Of a DNA stretch of 64,000 bases, positions 9,713 through 19,747 are shown one piece after another. Both the position numbers and the translations under genes were made by a program. The stretch's first letter is position 1. Every line of letters starts with the position of its first letter. Under the pieces are notes generated by a model, which saw only the letters and a program-made list of their open reading frames with translations, searched no databases and had not been told where the DNA came from. This DNA is from a virus (lineage: Duplodnaviria > Caudoviricetes), in the IMG/VR virus record IMGVR_UViG_3300042397_003635, one strand, 5' to 3'.

Positions 9713-9946
9713 TTAATCTGGAAGATCCAGAGCAAGCGACCTCATAAAACCAGGGTCAGCTTTTATTTCACTAATTGCATCTAGCAACTCGGATTTAGGC
9801 ATGCCAAAAAGCGAGCATCGCTCCTTAATACAAGCCTCTTCTTTGGTGCCATAATTTTCCCAAACATCATAAAAATATCCTAATGCATGATCCCAACCAT
9901 AAACGATTGTAGTACCAGCTTCAGTTTTCTTGGTATATCTGCTCAT
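9713..9946 (-). CDS. Hypothetical protein
   Basis: Tightly packed ORF. Confidence 0.6.
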   Translation of the reverse strand: MSRYTKKTEAGTTIVYGWDHALGYFYDVWENYGTKEEACIKERCSLFGMPKSELLDAISEIKADPGFMRSLALDLPD

Positions 9947-10260
9947 TAGCCCTTTGGTTTAAGTATACTACTAAAAATTTGAGTAAGTCGATTCAGTCTC
10001 CACTCTCTCTTTTTTTCTTCGATTGTTTTAGGTTCTTCCCCTAAGTTTGAATAGACATTACTATTTGTACCATATTGATATCGAAATGCATCAAAATATA
10101 CTTGATGCAAATGAACCGGAATGGTATTAAAGTCTGCAATACATTCAATTGGTAAAGAGGTTCCGCTACCAGCAATAGAGATACTGCTTTTAATTGTAAC
10201 TTTACCTGAGCCTTTCGTGGTTAGGTGACCAGAATCTGTATTAATTGTTAGTGTGCTCAT
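9946..10260 (-). CDS. Hypothetical protein
   Basis: Stop/start overlap with neighbours. Confidence 0.6.
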   Translation of the reverse strand: MSTLTINTDSGHLTTKGSGKVTIKSSISIAGSGTSLPIECIADFNTIPVHLHQVYFDAFRYQYGTNSNVYSNLGEEPKTIEEKKREWRLNRLTQIFSSILKPKG

Positions 10261-10462
10261 ATGCTTTTGCTTCGTGAAAATAATATCCTGAACTTACTTT
10301 ACCACCTATATCCCAATTCATTTCTGCTTCCCAATGGTAAACTTTATTTTTCTTATTAATTGAAGTAATAGTAACAAAAGTCAACCCATATTCTTCTTTA
10401 TCATAATCGATTGCCTCTAGTTTATCTCCAACTTTAAATATTGGTTCTATATTATTGCTCAT
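10241..10462 (-). CDS. Hypothetical protein
   Basis: Tightly packed ORF. Confidence 0.6.
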   Translation of the reverse strand: MSNNIEPIFKVGDKLEAIDYDKEEYGLTFVTITSINKKNKVYHWEAEMNWDIGGKVSSGYYFHEAKAYEHTNN

Positions 10463-10730
10463 AATCTGATACTTTAAGACCCCATTGCATATCGACCCAG
10501 CTCATATCAATTTCAGCGAGCTTTCTGGTGCGATGCCTATTATTTTTAAGTAGAACTTCAACTCCCCATTCAATCCATTGGGAGCGCTGTTCCATTGTCA
10601 TAGTCCAATCCCAAAACCAATTGTCCTTGCGATCAACCACATCTTCATACTTAACATCATGACCTGCAATCTCAAACATTTTGTCGATAAGGATCTTGGC
10701 CATTTCTTCTGGACTCTTCTTCTTTGCCAT
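10452..10730 (-). CDS. Hypothetical protein
   Basis: Tightly packed ORF, Trp-rich. Confidence 0.6.
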   Translation of the reverse strand: MAKKKSPEEMAKILIDKMFEIAGHDVKYEDVVDRKDNWFWDWTMTMEQRSQWIEWGVEVLLKNNRHRTRKLAEIDMSWVDMQWGLKVSDYEQ

Positions 10731-10731
10731 T

Positions 10732-10995
10732 TTACAGTGATTGAATTTGTGCTAAAATTGTAGTCACTTCAGCTTCGCATAGGTGACCTAGTACATCGCT
10801 GGTTACTGGCGTATCATAGGTAATATGGCCGTCTTTACCAAATACTGCAAGTTCGTATAATCCATTTTTTCCTCCATACGAGAAAGGTGTCTTAACTACA
10901 CTTGCACCATAGCCATTGTCAAACTTGATCCTAGCTTGAACTCCACCCATTCCATTTGGGTGATCCATAAATACTAAATTTTCAAATGTTATCAT
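10732..10995 (-). CDS. Conserved phage hypothetical protein
   Basis: NGYGASVV...YGG..GLYELAV pattern familiar from phage small proteins. Confidence 0.65.
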   Translation of the reverse strand: MITFENLVFMDHPNGMGGVQARIKFDNGYGASVVKTPFSYGGKNGLYELAVFGKDGHITYDTPVTSDVLGHLCEAEVTTILAQIQSL

Positions 10996-10998
10996 TTC

Positions 10999-11238
10999 TT
11001 AAAAATTAAATGGTTCGCCATCTACCTTAACTGCAATAATATCCTTGTAGTTAGATAAACTTTGAATATACTTTTTAGGATTCTTAACCTTATCATAAGA
11101 TAGGGTTTTTCCATTATTGTAGGTAATTTCAACAACTGACCCGCCTGGAGTCAAGCTTAAATTATTTGTTCTAAATTGATCAGAGACATTTAGTGTTCTA
11201 CTTACTTGCATATATCGTTTTAAATTTGCTGGGTTCAT
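10999..11238 (-). CDS. Hypothetical protein
   Basis: Tightly packed ORF. Confidence 0.6.
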   Translation of the reverse strand: MNPANLKRYMQVSRTLNVSDQFRTNNLSLTPGGSVVEITYNNGKTLSYDKVKNPKKYIQSLSNYKDIIAVKVDGEPFNF

Positions 11239-11244
11239 ATTAAA

Positions 11245-11625
11245 CTATTGTCCGCAACCGCAATCTGCATCCTCTGATAGAGGACCTTCAATTGGTGGTT
11301 CACTTGGTTTATAAAATTGTTGATTACGCTCCCAAAGTTCGTCTCCAGTAATATCTGTTTGGCCTTCTTCATCAATGAATCGAATTGACCAATTGCCTTC
11401 GCCGTATCTTTGGTTAAGCTCATCAATTCTTTCAGGTCGGCCTTCAATCAAATCTCCCTTTGCAAAGAGATAGTTTGAACACACATGAGAATAGAGAACT
11501 TCTCCCTCTTCGGTCACAACTACAAATTGTGCATCCTCTGTTTGTCTAATACCTGGATAAATGTATAAATTCATATTCTTAAATTGAATGTAAGATTCCC
11601 CAAATGACGCCTGCTGCCCATGCAC
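11245..11625 (-). CDS. Hypothetical protein
   Basis: ORF; real start possibly MNLYIY. Confidence 0.6.
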   Translation of the reverse strand: MHGQQASFGESYIQFKNMNLYIYPGIRQTEDAQFVVVTEEGEVLYSHVCSNYLFAKGDLIEGRPERIDELNQRYGEGNWSIRFIDEEGQTDITGDELWERNQQFYKPSEPPIEGPLSEDADCGCGQ

Positions 11626-11686
11626 TCATGACCAATATAATCAAAACGTCTCTGCCTGTAATTTTATTTTTCATAGTAATATTATA

Positions 11687-11998
11687 CTAAAATTTTTCTG
11701 GCTTTTGCCAAGGTTTATTGTATTTTTCTTCCCAATATTTTCTATACTCTCGCACATTAATCATGTTAATTGTATATTGCCAATATTCAGTCTCATACCA
11801 AATAGTTACATGTAGCACTAAGCTAGATGGTGGAACATAATTCTCTTTAGCCCATTTGAATAACTGCTTAGTATTTCCCTTTTGTCTAATTTTTTTTGCA
11901 AACGTTGGAAAATCACAATCCCAAATAGTAGGATATGGGGTCAGTATACCTGAATACCCCAATCCCCTATATCCTATATTGTATGCTACTTGTTTCAT
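11687..11998 (-). CDS. Hypothetical protein
   Basis: Stop/start overlap with RNA ligase gene. Confidence 0.55.
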   Translation of the reverse strand: MKQVAYNIGYRGLGYSGILTPYPTIWDCDFPTFAKKIRQKGNTKQLFKWAKENYVPPSSLVLHVTIWYETEYWQYTINMINVREYRKYWEEKYNKPWQKPEKF

Positions 11999-13125
11999 TA
12001 GTGACTATCGCCAACTTCCCAATTTTCTGCATAGATTAAGTAATCTGGATTAATTACTTTTGCAACTTTGCTTCTATCTCCAGTATGGTGTTTTACAACA
12101 ACTCCTTCATGAGGTACTTTAGTTCCAAAGATAAAATTATCAAAGACATACATATCTTCAATTTCTTTATTCCAATCTCCTACATAAAGTACATCAACAT
12201 AAGGTAGGTCCATTTCAATTCCAACAAAATTAAAGGCCTCGTCAGTTGAACAGTATTTGCCATTGATTTCCAAGTCAAATCCTGCAAATTCAATTTCTTT
12301 TAGACCATAGTCATAATTCTTTTGAATACCTGCTCCATAGATTTCTCCATATAGAACAACGCCAATTCCAATACCATCTGGGAATCTTTCGGGATCCTTG
12401 ACAAACTTCCATAAAACCTGTTTAAGATTATACTTTGCCGCAATATCATACCAGACATTAGTGTCGTAGAAGCCCTGAGAGTCTGATCCTTTTTCTACAT
12501 TATGCGAACCTACTACGAATTCGTAATCGACCCACTTTGCACCAAAGAATTTCTTTACCTTATCGAATAGAGATAATTTGTTTTTCTTTACAATACCATA
12601 TCGAGCATTGGTTCCATGGATCTTACGAGTGATCTCAACCCAATCATCTTCAGTAAAAATTCCTGGTACATTCTTTGCATTTGGAAATTTGTAATAGATA
12701 TGGAAGTTTGGATTTTCTGAGTATCTGATCTTTTTACCAGAACTCAATTGAACTTGCTTAACCGGTGGTTCATATTTCCAAATATCCATTGCATACATCA
12801 TGTCCTTACCTTCATAGTAATTTTCCATGAATGGAACATGTTTAATTGGAATGATTAGACACTCTGAATATACTCCACGTAATTTTACAGTACGAACTCT
12901 ACCGCCTTTACGTAAATAATTTGTAACATTTAGGCTGTCAGACAACTCGACTGGAATTACTGCATCAGTTGTTGCAACTACTACAAGATCCCCATTCGAG
13001 TATTGTCCCTTTTGGATAATTGCTTGCCATCCACTGACTAATGCCAATTCAATAGCATCTGCTCCTGGAATAGGTACGATTTCACCAATACTTGCTACAA
13101 AGCAAACTGAATTATTATTTTCCAT
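11998..13125 (-). CDS. RNA ligase (Rnl2 / DRB0094-like family)
   Basis: N-terminal PIPGADAIELA..GWQ..KG domain; motif I KIHGTN; YGEIYG; PHEGVVV; AKVINPDY. Confidence 0.88.
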   Translation of the reverse strand: MENNNSVCFVASIGEIVPIPGADAIELALVSGWQAIIQKGQYSNGDLVVVATTDAVIPVELSDSLNVTNYLRKGGRVRTVKLRGVYSECLIIPIKHVPFMENYYEGKDMMYAMDIWKYEPPVKQVQLSSGKKIRYSENPNFHIYYKFPNAKNVPGIFTEDDWVEITRKIHGTNARYGIVKKNKLSLFDKVKKFFGAKWVDYEFVVGSHNVEKGSDSQGFYDTNVWYDIAAKYNLKQVLWKFVKDPERFPDGIGIGVVLYGEIYGAGIQKNYDYGLKEIEFAGFDLEINGKYCSTDEAFNFVGIEMDLPYVDVLYVGDWNKEIEDMYVFDNFIFGTKVPHEGVVVKHHTGDRSKVAKVINPDYLIYAENWEVGDSH

Positions 13126-13127
13126 TT

Positions 13128-13541
13128 TTATAATTTTATTTCAAAACGATTTTTCATTTGTTCTAACTTATCATCAGGCACACCATGTATATTTACACCA
13201 CCATGTCGATTTTCTACAATTAGGGAAGTAACTCGATAGTTCCACTGTTTAGCTAAATCAAAGTATGCCTCCATTTCCCACTCTTGTGTAAAGGTATTAG
13301 ATACAATAATTGTACTATTATGTCCAGTAGTATGGTTTAGGAGCATCGCCTGTTCAACACTATCTTTGCACCACCTATGAGCATCTTTAATTTTAGCTGG
13401 ATCAAATTTATAAACCCCATCCTCAATAAAATATTGATCTGCTTCAAAGTGAGCGCATCCACTTGCGTTTGCTCCTAATAGGTTTGCAGTTGTACTTTTA
13501 CCTGAACCTGGGATTCCTCTTACTAAAATTAAATTTTTCAT
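13128..13541 (-). CDS. AAA_33-type P-loop kinase (polynucleotide-kinase-like)
   Basis: LILVRGIPGSGKST, HFEAD, VSNTF, ENRH, HGVP; adjacent to RNA ligase. Confidence 0.85.
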   Translation of the reverse strand: MKNLILVRGIPGSGKSTTANLLGANASGCAHFEADQYFIEDGVYKFDPAKIKDAHRWCKDSVEQAMLLNHTTGHNSTIIVSNTFTQEWEMEAYFDLAKQWNYRVTSLIVENRHGGVNIHGVPDDKLEQMKNRFEIKL

Positions 13542-13542
13542 A

Positions 13543-14073
13543 TTAAGTTATATCTGGGTTTAAATATACTAATTCGCAATTATGTTTTACCCATTTAACT
13601 GGAAAGGTTAAGTGATTCGATGAAGCTGACATTTTTTCTAATTTACGTAGAGCCTCATTCAAAAAAACTTGAGTTGATCCTTTCCAGATACGTTGACAAA
13701 TTAATCCGCTTTTTACATCAAACTCTGCAAAGAAAAATGCTGAGTTTCGGGTTATTCTAATTAAATTACCATCGTGAATTCTATCTAATTGAAATCCTCC
13801 TCCCTCTTTACATGATAAGTATTCATATTGTTCCTTACCACATTGAGAATAAGCATCTGCTCCATGTTTAGTAGTATGACACTTATGACCAAGAATTTCA
13901 GCAATCATCCATTCTTTAATAAAACCTGGAGTTAACAAGTCTTGCTGAAAACCTAAATCTGTCTTAAGCTGATCTAGTGTTTCAATTAATAATTTAACTT
14001 TGTTTGGCTCAGATTCTATTATTTTAAGTAGATCGGTGGTTTTCATTTTCTGATTTAGCGTGATTGTATTCAT
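13543..14073 (-). CDS. Possible PD-(D/E)XK restriction-endonuclease-like protein
   Basis: KEWMIAEILGH...GADA...YEYLS; the ExK lysine is not present, so weak. Confidence 0.4.
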   Translation of the reverse strand: MNTITLNQKMKTTDLLKIIESEPNKVKLLIETLDQLKTDLGFQQDLLTPGFIKEWMIAEILGHKCHTTKHGADAYSQCGKEQYEYLSCKEGGGFQLDRIHDGNLIRITRNSAFFFAEFDVKSGLICQRIWKGSTQVFLNEALRKLEKMSASSNHLTFPVKWVKHNCELVYLNPDIT

Positions 14074-14257
14074 TAACTATGTGTGCAGCTAATGCAATAA
14101 CGAATGCAGTAACTAGCATTAATAGTGCAAGTCCTCCAATAAATGAGAGTATACTAGAGTTATTCATTAGGATAAAAGCCTCTTCAATTGTTGAGACTAC
14201 GCCAACGGTCACTAAAAAATATAGTATAACTAGACCGAGTGTTGATGCTATTTTCAT
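14024..14257 (-). CDS. Small two-TM membrane protein
   Basis: Two hydrophobic helices. Confidence 0.55.
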   Translation of the reverse strand: MKIASTLGLVILYFLVTVGVVSTIEEAFILMNNSSILSFIGGLALLMLVTAFVIALAAHIVNEYNHAKSENENHRST

Positions 14258-14276
14258 ATAAATTATTAAAAGTTAG

Positions 14277-14350
14277 TGGTCCATACAGGACTCGAACCTG
14301 TGACCTTCTCGTTATGAGCGAGCTGCTCTAACCAACTGAGCTAAAGGACC
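14277..14350 (-). tRNA. trnI: tRNA-Ile2(CAT) (lysidine type, probable)
   Basis: GGTCCTT acceptor, loop CTCATAA; body resembles bacterial ileX rather than Met tRNAs. Confidence 0.85.
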
Positions 14351-14351
14351 G

Positions 14352-14693
14352 TTAAATTGAATAATACTTTTGAAGATCTTCACGTATTATAACCAAACCA
14401 TCTGGCAAAAACCTAACAACGGCTTGATTTAATTTAGGAGAGTCTTCATTTTCAAAACGTCCATCCATTTCATAAAGAACATAGATAGTTTTTCCTTCAG
14501 CTATTGCGATTTCGCTTAAGTCATCTTTGCTAAGTGTAATGTCAATATCTCCCCACCAAATCTTGCCCTCATCTGTACATACATTAGAATTAAAAATTAC
14601 TAAATTACCAGGGTTATTTTCGCGATAACCGCTTTTGCTACCTGATACAATATGGCCAGGCCAGCCTAATACTTGATTTAATAGATTTTCCAT
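14352..14693 (-). CDS. Hypothetical protein
   Basis: 113-aa ORF. Confidence 0.65.
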   Translation of the reverse strand: MENLLNQVLGWPGHIVSGSKSGYRENNPGNLVIFNSNVCTDEGKIWWGDIDITLSKDDLSEIAIAEGKTIYVLYEMDGRFENEDSPKLNQAVVRFLPDGLVIIREDLQKYYSI

Positions 14694-14756
14694 TTCTGTA
14701 AATTTATAAAGATATTATACTAAAAAGAAGTGAGTTAGAGCCTCTCTGTTCGATTT

Positions 14757-15548
14757 TTAGTCTAAAGATTCGCCACAGCTAGGGCAAAACTTCCAACTAG
14801 ATTTTTTAATACGTGAGCCGCATCCACCACAGTAGTTACGTATTTCAGCAACTTCCAATGGTTTTTTGGAAAGGGGCAGTAGTTTTATAATTACAGTTTC
14901 ATTAACCCAATAATTATAAGTACCATTATCCTGAGAGAATTGTTGTTTTGACTTAGAGCCTTCTTCAACTCTTCCTGTTTCAAGAGAACCTGCAACTGGC
15001 ATTGAGATATTATTAACAGTGGTTCCACCATAACTAACACTACCGATACTATTTGAACTAGTATAAGTTATGTTTGATCCAAGCTGTCTAGTTCCAGTTG
15101 TTGTAAAAAAGGTATTTGGATTAATTGTAGTAGTATGTGAGCCATTCCAATTATTTGAATTAATTGTCATGGAATTACCATACCAGTAATTTCCTCTTAA
15201 GTTTTGTTCATAGTAGAATTCAACTTTAACTTCGCCATTTTTAGCAATTGCCTCCTTAGCGTCATCTGAATCTTCGACTTCATACGTTTCAAACTTAAAT
15301 TTTTTAGCAACATCAATATAGCGCTCAAGATAAATTCTTTGGCCAGGTCTAATAACTAGTCCAGCTTGAGAAATTGCTTTACCATTAATTGAAATTTTTG
15401 CTAATACTTTGCACTGGTGAGGATTAAAAATTTCCAGTTCAAATTGTTGTCCGTCTTTTAGGTAGACAGAGCTTTCGTATTGTTTAATACGATTCTTGTT
15501 GCTGGTGATATTCACCGAACACCGCTTTTGTTCTTGTAGTGTATACAT
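14757..15548 (-). CDS. Hypothetical protein with C-terminal zinc ribbon
   Basis: CGGCG...WKFCPSCG. Confidence 0.75.
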   Translation of the reverse strand: MYTLQEQKRCSVNITSNKNRIKQYESSVYLKDGQQFELEIFNPHQCKVLAKISINGKAISQAGLVIRPGQRIYLERYIDVAKKFKFETYEVEDSDDAKEAIAKNGEVKVEFYYEQNLRGNYWYGNSMTINSNNWNGSHTTTINPNTFFTTTGTRQLGSNITYTSSNSIGSVSYGGTTVNNISMPVAGSLETGRVEEGSKSKQQFSQDNGTYNYWVNETVIIKLLPLSKKPLEVAEIRNYCGGCGSRIKKSSWKFCPSCGESLD

Positions 15549-15656
15549 TTTAGATTTATATTTTTTGCTTACCTCTTTATGACCGTAAGATCATTCAAGG
15601 GCTATTAACCCGAGGCGAACAAGGAGAGGCTCTAATTCTCTCTTCTTCAGTATTAT

Positions 15657-15896
15657 TTACTTTTTATTCCTAAAAAGTTTTACTGTTCTGATTAGCTGTG
15701 CACAAGTTTCAACAACTGCAAGACATAACGAAATCTTAACTGCCCATTCAATTGACCAGTGTTGATTTTCAAGATGACCTAACGCAATTGAACAAAGCGT
15801 GAGCAAAGAAATTGGAACAATAAAATTTACCCCAACCATTACATAAAATATGATGTTTAGGAATGAGTGCAGTTTTGCTTTAGCAGTTTCTTTCAT
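15657..15896 (-). CDS. Small membrane protein
   Basis: Two hydrophobic segments. Confidence 0.5.
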   Translation of the reverse strand: MKETAKAKLHSFLNIIFYVMVGVNFIVPISLLTLCSIALGHLENQHWSIEWAVKISLCLAVVETCAQLIRTVKLFRNKK

Positions 15897-16044
15897 TAGA
15901 ATAAGATTTTAATTATAAGGGCAACAAGTGCAGCAAAGGCTCCAGTAATTAATACTATCGCCACTATTTCTTGATGACCTTCGACCTGTTTTTTACTACG
16001 ACCTTGATGTTCATTTGGATCCCAGTTTTCCATAGTGCTTTACT

Positions 16045-16572
16045 TTATTTAACTATGCGTCTAGCATAATCATTGACAAGAGGTCTTCCTGTATTATAAC
16101 AGCCAAGAGCAACTGGCCAACTATCATATCTTTTATACAAATACGCCAAAAGTTTCATTGAGATTTGAACATTTAGTTCAAGATTATTCAACAATTGCTT
16201 TTTTGTAACAGGTGCATCCCATATAAAATTTGCAGTTGGAACCTGTATCTGCATTGCGCCGTATGCGGCAGCCGATGATGTTAATTTAGGATTATATTTC
16301 CAATGAAATGGTCCTTTATAACCTGTTTCTTCTCGAGCAACTCCCATTGCAATGTGGAACGGAACACCGTATTCTTCAGAGTATTTCTCTAAATAATAAT
16401 AAAGAGCTAAACTTGGCGGTGACTTCTCATTGATTGTTCCGCTGCTTAGCTCTTTAGGTTTTTCGGTATTTAATAGTCTCCAAAGGAAACCGAATGCTAA
16501 AATTCCAGCCAATACAATGAGAGTTTTAAATGATTTTACTCCCATATTTTTAATATTAGTGGCCAGTAGCAT
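16045..16572 (-). CDS. Membrane-anchored lytic transglycosylase (SLT domain)
   Basis: N-terminal TM; YGVP..IAMGVAREETG, AYGAMQIQVPTA, ALGCYNTG. Confidence 0.88.
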   Translation of the reverse strand: MLLATNIKNMGVKSFKTLIVLAGILAFGFLWRLLNTEKPKELSSGTINEKSPPSLALYYYLEKYSEEYGVPFHIAMGVAREETGYKGPFHWKYNPKLTSSAAAYGAMQIQVPTANFIWDAPVTKKQLLNNLELNVQISMKLLAYLYKRYDSWPVALGCYNTGRPLVNDYARRIVK

Positions 16573-16885
16573 TTACATATGCCTTTTGTGCATATATGTT
16601 AAAAATAACACGTCCAATTGAATCTGAATAGATTGTATAAACCCCAGTCTTTCTATCAATAATTAGCAAATCTTCTTTTTCATTTACGGCAACTGACGTA
16701 TTTTTAAGAGTTTTTGCTTCTCTCCAAGCCTCTCCTTTGACTTTGTTTAGGGCTAGTTCGTAATAGTAACCAATACAAAATCCAGAGATTAGTGCACTAG
16801 CTAAAACTACAACTGTTCCAAGCCGCTTAAGTAAAGCTGATGCTTTTTCAATTAGTTGTTGGGCGAAGTTTTTTTGATTTTCCAT
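16556..16885 (-). CDS. Single-TM membrane protein
   Basis: GTVVVLASALISGFCIGYYY. Confidence 0.6.
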   Translation of the reverse strand: MENQKNFAQQLIEKASALLKRLGTVVVLASALISGFCIGYYYELALNKVKGEAWREAKTLKNTSVAVNEKEDLLIIDRKTGVYTIYSDSIGRVIFNIYAQKAYVNATGH

Positions 16886-17891
16886 TTTTTCTTTCTTTAG
16901 GTTTATCTGAATCTAATATACCTAAGTAATAGTCTTTTTGGTCTTTAAACAATTCTCTAGCCTCTGCTAATAAAACCGGATAAGACTTATCAATTTCTGG
17001 AAAATCTTTATCTAAATCACTTAGAATTCTGCCTAATACTGCTTGTCGAACTATTGCATAATTTAAGTTATGCTTTAGTCCCCAGATATGAAAAACATTA
17101 TCAAATTTTTCTTTAGCTTCTTCAATGGGCTCATTGTGAATCCACCCATACATATCTGCCGAAATGTGCATAACATCGACCTTTGGTCCAGGAATCCAGC
17201 TTGAATTTAAATATGTCTGTATATTAATGCCACGTTCCTTTGCTAAACTCGGCAATAAATATTGTTCAACAAAAATCATATCGCCGGCTCCAGGAAGAGT
17301 TTCCCATTTATGACTGTTTTCAATAATTGAATCAACATGATCCATCCATTCGTGTACAAATGGAGCAACCTTATTTAAATACAGAATTGCAGTGTTAGTT
17401 GCTTTATTGTCCCAATTAGTAATTGGACTTTCAATTTCAGCTAATTCATATATGCTAGGCCCACTAACATATTCAACGTCTGGATATTTAATTGGATCGA
17501 TTTCCTCATAATGAAATGTTAAAATCGGAGCGTCTATACTAAAGTTATATCTGGATTTGATGTATAGGTCTGTGTCCAATATGCAAAACTTATCAAAGTC
17601 TCGGGAAAGGTGCTTAGCTATCATCAGTTTCGGATATGCCCAAAATCTAGGGCTACCGTTCATTAATACTTGTTCATGATGAATTGTATCAACGAATGAA
17701 TATGCATTATGTAGGCCATAATGAAATACTTGAGATTCCCTTTCTGGACTAATGTATAATCCCATTGGGCCAAAGTTTTTTCTCCAGTATAGAGCAGATG
17801 CCAATTGGCAAAGTAATTCTACAGATTTAAACTTTCCTTCATCAACATCGCTTGAATAGAATGCATGTACTCCTAAAATTGGTTCACTCAT
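16848..17891 (-). CDS. Putative GT-A fold glycosyltransferase-like protein
   Basis: WAYPKL...FCILDTDLY (DxD), late FHIWG. Confidence 0.6.
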   Translation of the reverse strand: MSEPILGVHAFYSSDVDEGKFKSVELLCQLASALYWRKNFGPMGLYISPERESQVFHYGLHNAYSFVDTIHHEQVLMNGSPRFWAYPKLMIAKHLSRDFDKFCILDTDLYIKSRYNFSIDAPILTFHYEEIDPIKYPDVEYVSGPSIYELAEIESPITNWDNKATNTAILYLNKVAPFVHEWMDHVDSIIENSHKWETLPGAGDMIFVEQYLLPSLAKERGINIQTYLNSSWIPGPKVDVMHISADMYGWIHNEPIEEAKEKFDNVFHIWGLKHNLNYAIVRQAVLGRILSDLDKDFPEIDKSYPVLLAEARELFKDQKDYYLGILDSDKPKERKNGKSKKLRPTTN

Positions 17892-17895
17892 AGGA

Positions 17896-18168
17896 CTAAG
17901 CTAGTAGCTCATTAATTTTTTCAATAATATCAGCTTGCGCTTTTACGCCAACTGACTGGTATGCAGTTTCGCTATCCTTTAAATAGACTAATGCTGGAAT
18001 TGATCTAATTCCATGCAGAGCGGCTGTATCTGGATCTTCATCTGCATTTACTTTAGTAATTTCAACTAAAGAGTTTTCACTAAAATGTTCAGCAACCCTT
18101 TCCATAACTGGTCCAAACGTTCTGCACGGTCCACACCATGGTGCTGAAAAATAAATTACGTTAATCAT
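17896..18168 (-). CDS. trxA: Thioredoxin
   Basis: FSAPWCGPC, GIRSIPAL. Confidence 0.92.
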   Translation of the reverse strand: MINVIYFSAPWCGPCRTFGPVMERVAEHFSENSLVEITKVNADEDPDTAALHGIRSIPALVYLKDSETAYQSVGVKAQADIIEKINELLA

Positions 18169-18181
18169 TGTTTTCTTTATT

Positions 18182-18469
18182 TTATTTTACTCTTAAAACT
18201 TGTTTAGATTTTTCTTCTATCCATTCAAGCTTTCTATATTTAAAATCTTTCCACTCTTCAAAATCATCTAATATATCGATAACTTCGTGTGGAACTAGCA
18301 CAAATCCGTCTGGTGCAATACCTGCAAATTTATAATAGTTTGAATCCTTTAATTTTTCTTTGACTAGTGGATTATCAAATGGCTCGTCATATAAACCAGC
18401 TTCTTGATCTAATCTCATCATTTCAGCAAGTATTTTACCTTGCTCTTCTTTAGTAAGATCCTCTGACAT
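18182..18469 (-). CDS. Hypothetical protein
   Basis: 95-aa ORF. Confidence 0.6.
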   Translation of the reverse strand: MSEDLTKEEQGKILAEMMRLDQEAGLYDEPFDNPLVKEKLKDSNYYKFAGIAPDGFVLVPHEVIDILDDFEEWKDFKYRKLEWIEEKSKQVLRVK

Positions 18470-18486
18470 TTAGTTGAGGTTATTTT

Positions 18487-18575
18487 TGGTACCGACGGCC
18501 GGAGTCGAACCGGCACGGGCATTACGGCCCAAGAGATTTTAAGTCTCTCATGTCTACCTATTTCATCACGTCGGC
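18487..18575 (-). tRNA. trnL: tRNA-Leu(TAA), CCA encoded
   Basis: Loop CTTAAAA, long variable arm. Confidence 0.95.
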
Positions 18576-18656
18576 ATTTAACTAAGTTATTATACTAAGT
18601 TTATTAACTGGGTTATCAGTCGAAGATAAATATTTATAGAAATAACTCAATTATTA

Positions 18657-19568
18657 ATGGGAAATCACATTAAAAATTTTAAAGGTTGGAAGAACGTTTC
18701 AGAAGCTGGTTCTTGGGGAGAGTGGATGCAATCATTAGTTACTGGCGTAGGAGCAGAGACTCCAGAATTAGGAGCAGATGCAAAGGCTGCATTAACCGGC
18801 GTAAAGACATTAGCTGGTACTGTTGTAGATAAAATTGCAGATACACTAGGAATAGAAACTGACAAAAAGGAAGAACCAAAATCTTCTAAAGCTTTTAAAT
18901 CAAATAGCGGAAAAATTCCAGAAGAACACATTGCCGCATTAGAAGCAGCCATGGATAGACATGGAATTACAAATGAATTTGCAAGAAAGGCTATTCTTGG
19001 AGTAGTATCAAAGGAATCTCCAGATCTAAGACCTGAAGTTGACTATAGTAAAACTTCCAACTCTAGAATTAGAGAAGTATTTGGATCAAGAGTTTCAGAA
19101 TTATCAGATTCTCAACTTGATGCATTAAAAGCTAATCCAACTAAGTTTTGGGATAGAGTATATGGACCAACCGATCCAACTGGAAGAGGCTCAAAATATG
19201 GGAATTCTGAACCGGGCGATGGCGAAAGATATAGGGGTCGCGGATTTAATGGAATTACATTTAAAAGTAATTATATCAATCTTCAAAAAGTATACAATGA
19301 AATTGGTAAACTCGAAACTAATGATACAATCGATATAGTTGATAATCCAGAACAGTTGGAAGATCCAGCGATTGCAGCAGAATTTGCAATTCTTTATTAT
19401 ATCGATAGTTTTAAACGAGCAAATAAAAACCTAAATAACTTTAGTGATTTAGAATCTGCCGTAACTGATTATGTTAGATCAACTGCGGGTTGGGGTTCAG
19501 ATATTACAAGCGGAGTTAAGGCTCAGGGTTTTGCTAGAGCTCTAGACTATGCACAATCATTAGCATAA
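18657..19568 (+). CDS. GH19-like muramidase with CTS-like N-terminus (candidate virion-associated PG hydrolase)
   Basis: MGNHIKNFKGWKNVSE; ILGVVSKES, GNSEPGDGERYRGRGFNGITFKSNY; GATAAATA at 18625-18632. Confidence 0.8.
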   Translation: MGNHIKNFKGWKNVSEAGSWGEWMQSLVTGVGAETPELGADAKAALTGVKTLAGTVVDKIADTLGIETDKKEEPKSSKAFKSNSGKIPEEHIAALEAAMDRHGITNEFARKAILGVVSKESPDLRPEVDYSKTSNSRIREVFGSRVSELSDSQLDALKANPTKFWDRVYGPTDPTGRGSKYGNSEPGDGERYRGRGFNGITFKSNYINLQKVYNEIGKLETNDTIDIVDNPEQLEDPAIAAEFAILYYIDSFKRANKNLNNFSDLESAVTDYVRSTAGWGSDITSGVKAQGFARALDYAQSLA

Positions 19569-19569
19569 T

Positions 19570-19746
19570 ATGAAGATTAGAGATATTAAACCCCAAGATA
19601 AAGATATGGTCGACGGAATAGTCGATATTATAAAACAAGTAAGGGACAAAGATAATCGAGAAGAGATTGCAACCAATATGGTTAAGCAATTAAAGCGAGA
19701 AAAGATTATCTTAAACTACGAAGACTTTTTAAAAGCCTGTAAATAA
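19570..19746 (+). CDS. Small hypothetical protein (58 aa)
   Basis: MKIRDIKPQDKDMVDGIVDII...KACK; directly follows the GH19 gene; below ORF-track cutoff. Confidence 0.55.
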   Translation: MKIRDIKPQDKDMVDGIVDIIKQVRDKDNREEIATNMVKQLKREKIILNYEDFLKACK

Positions 19747-19747
19747 C

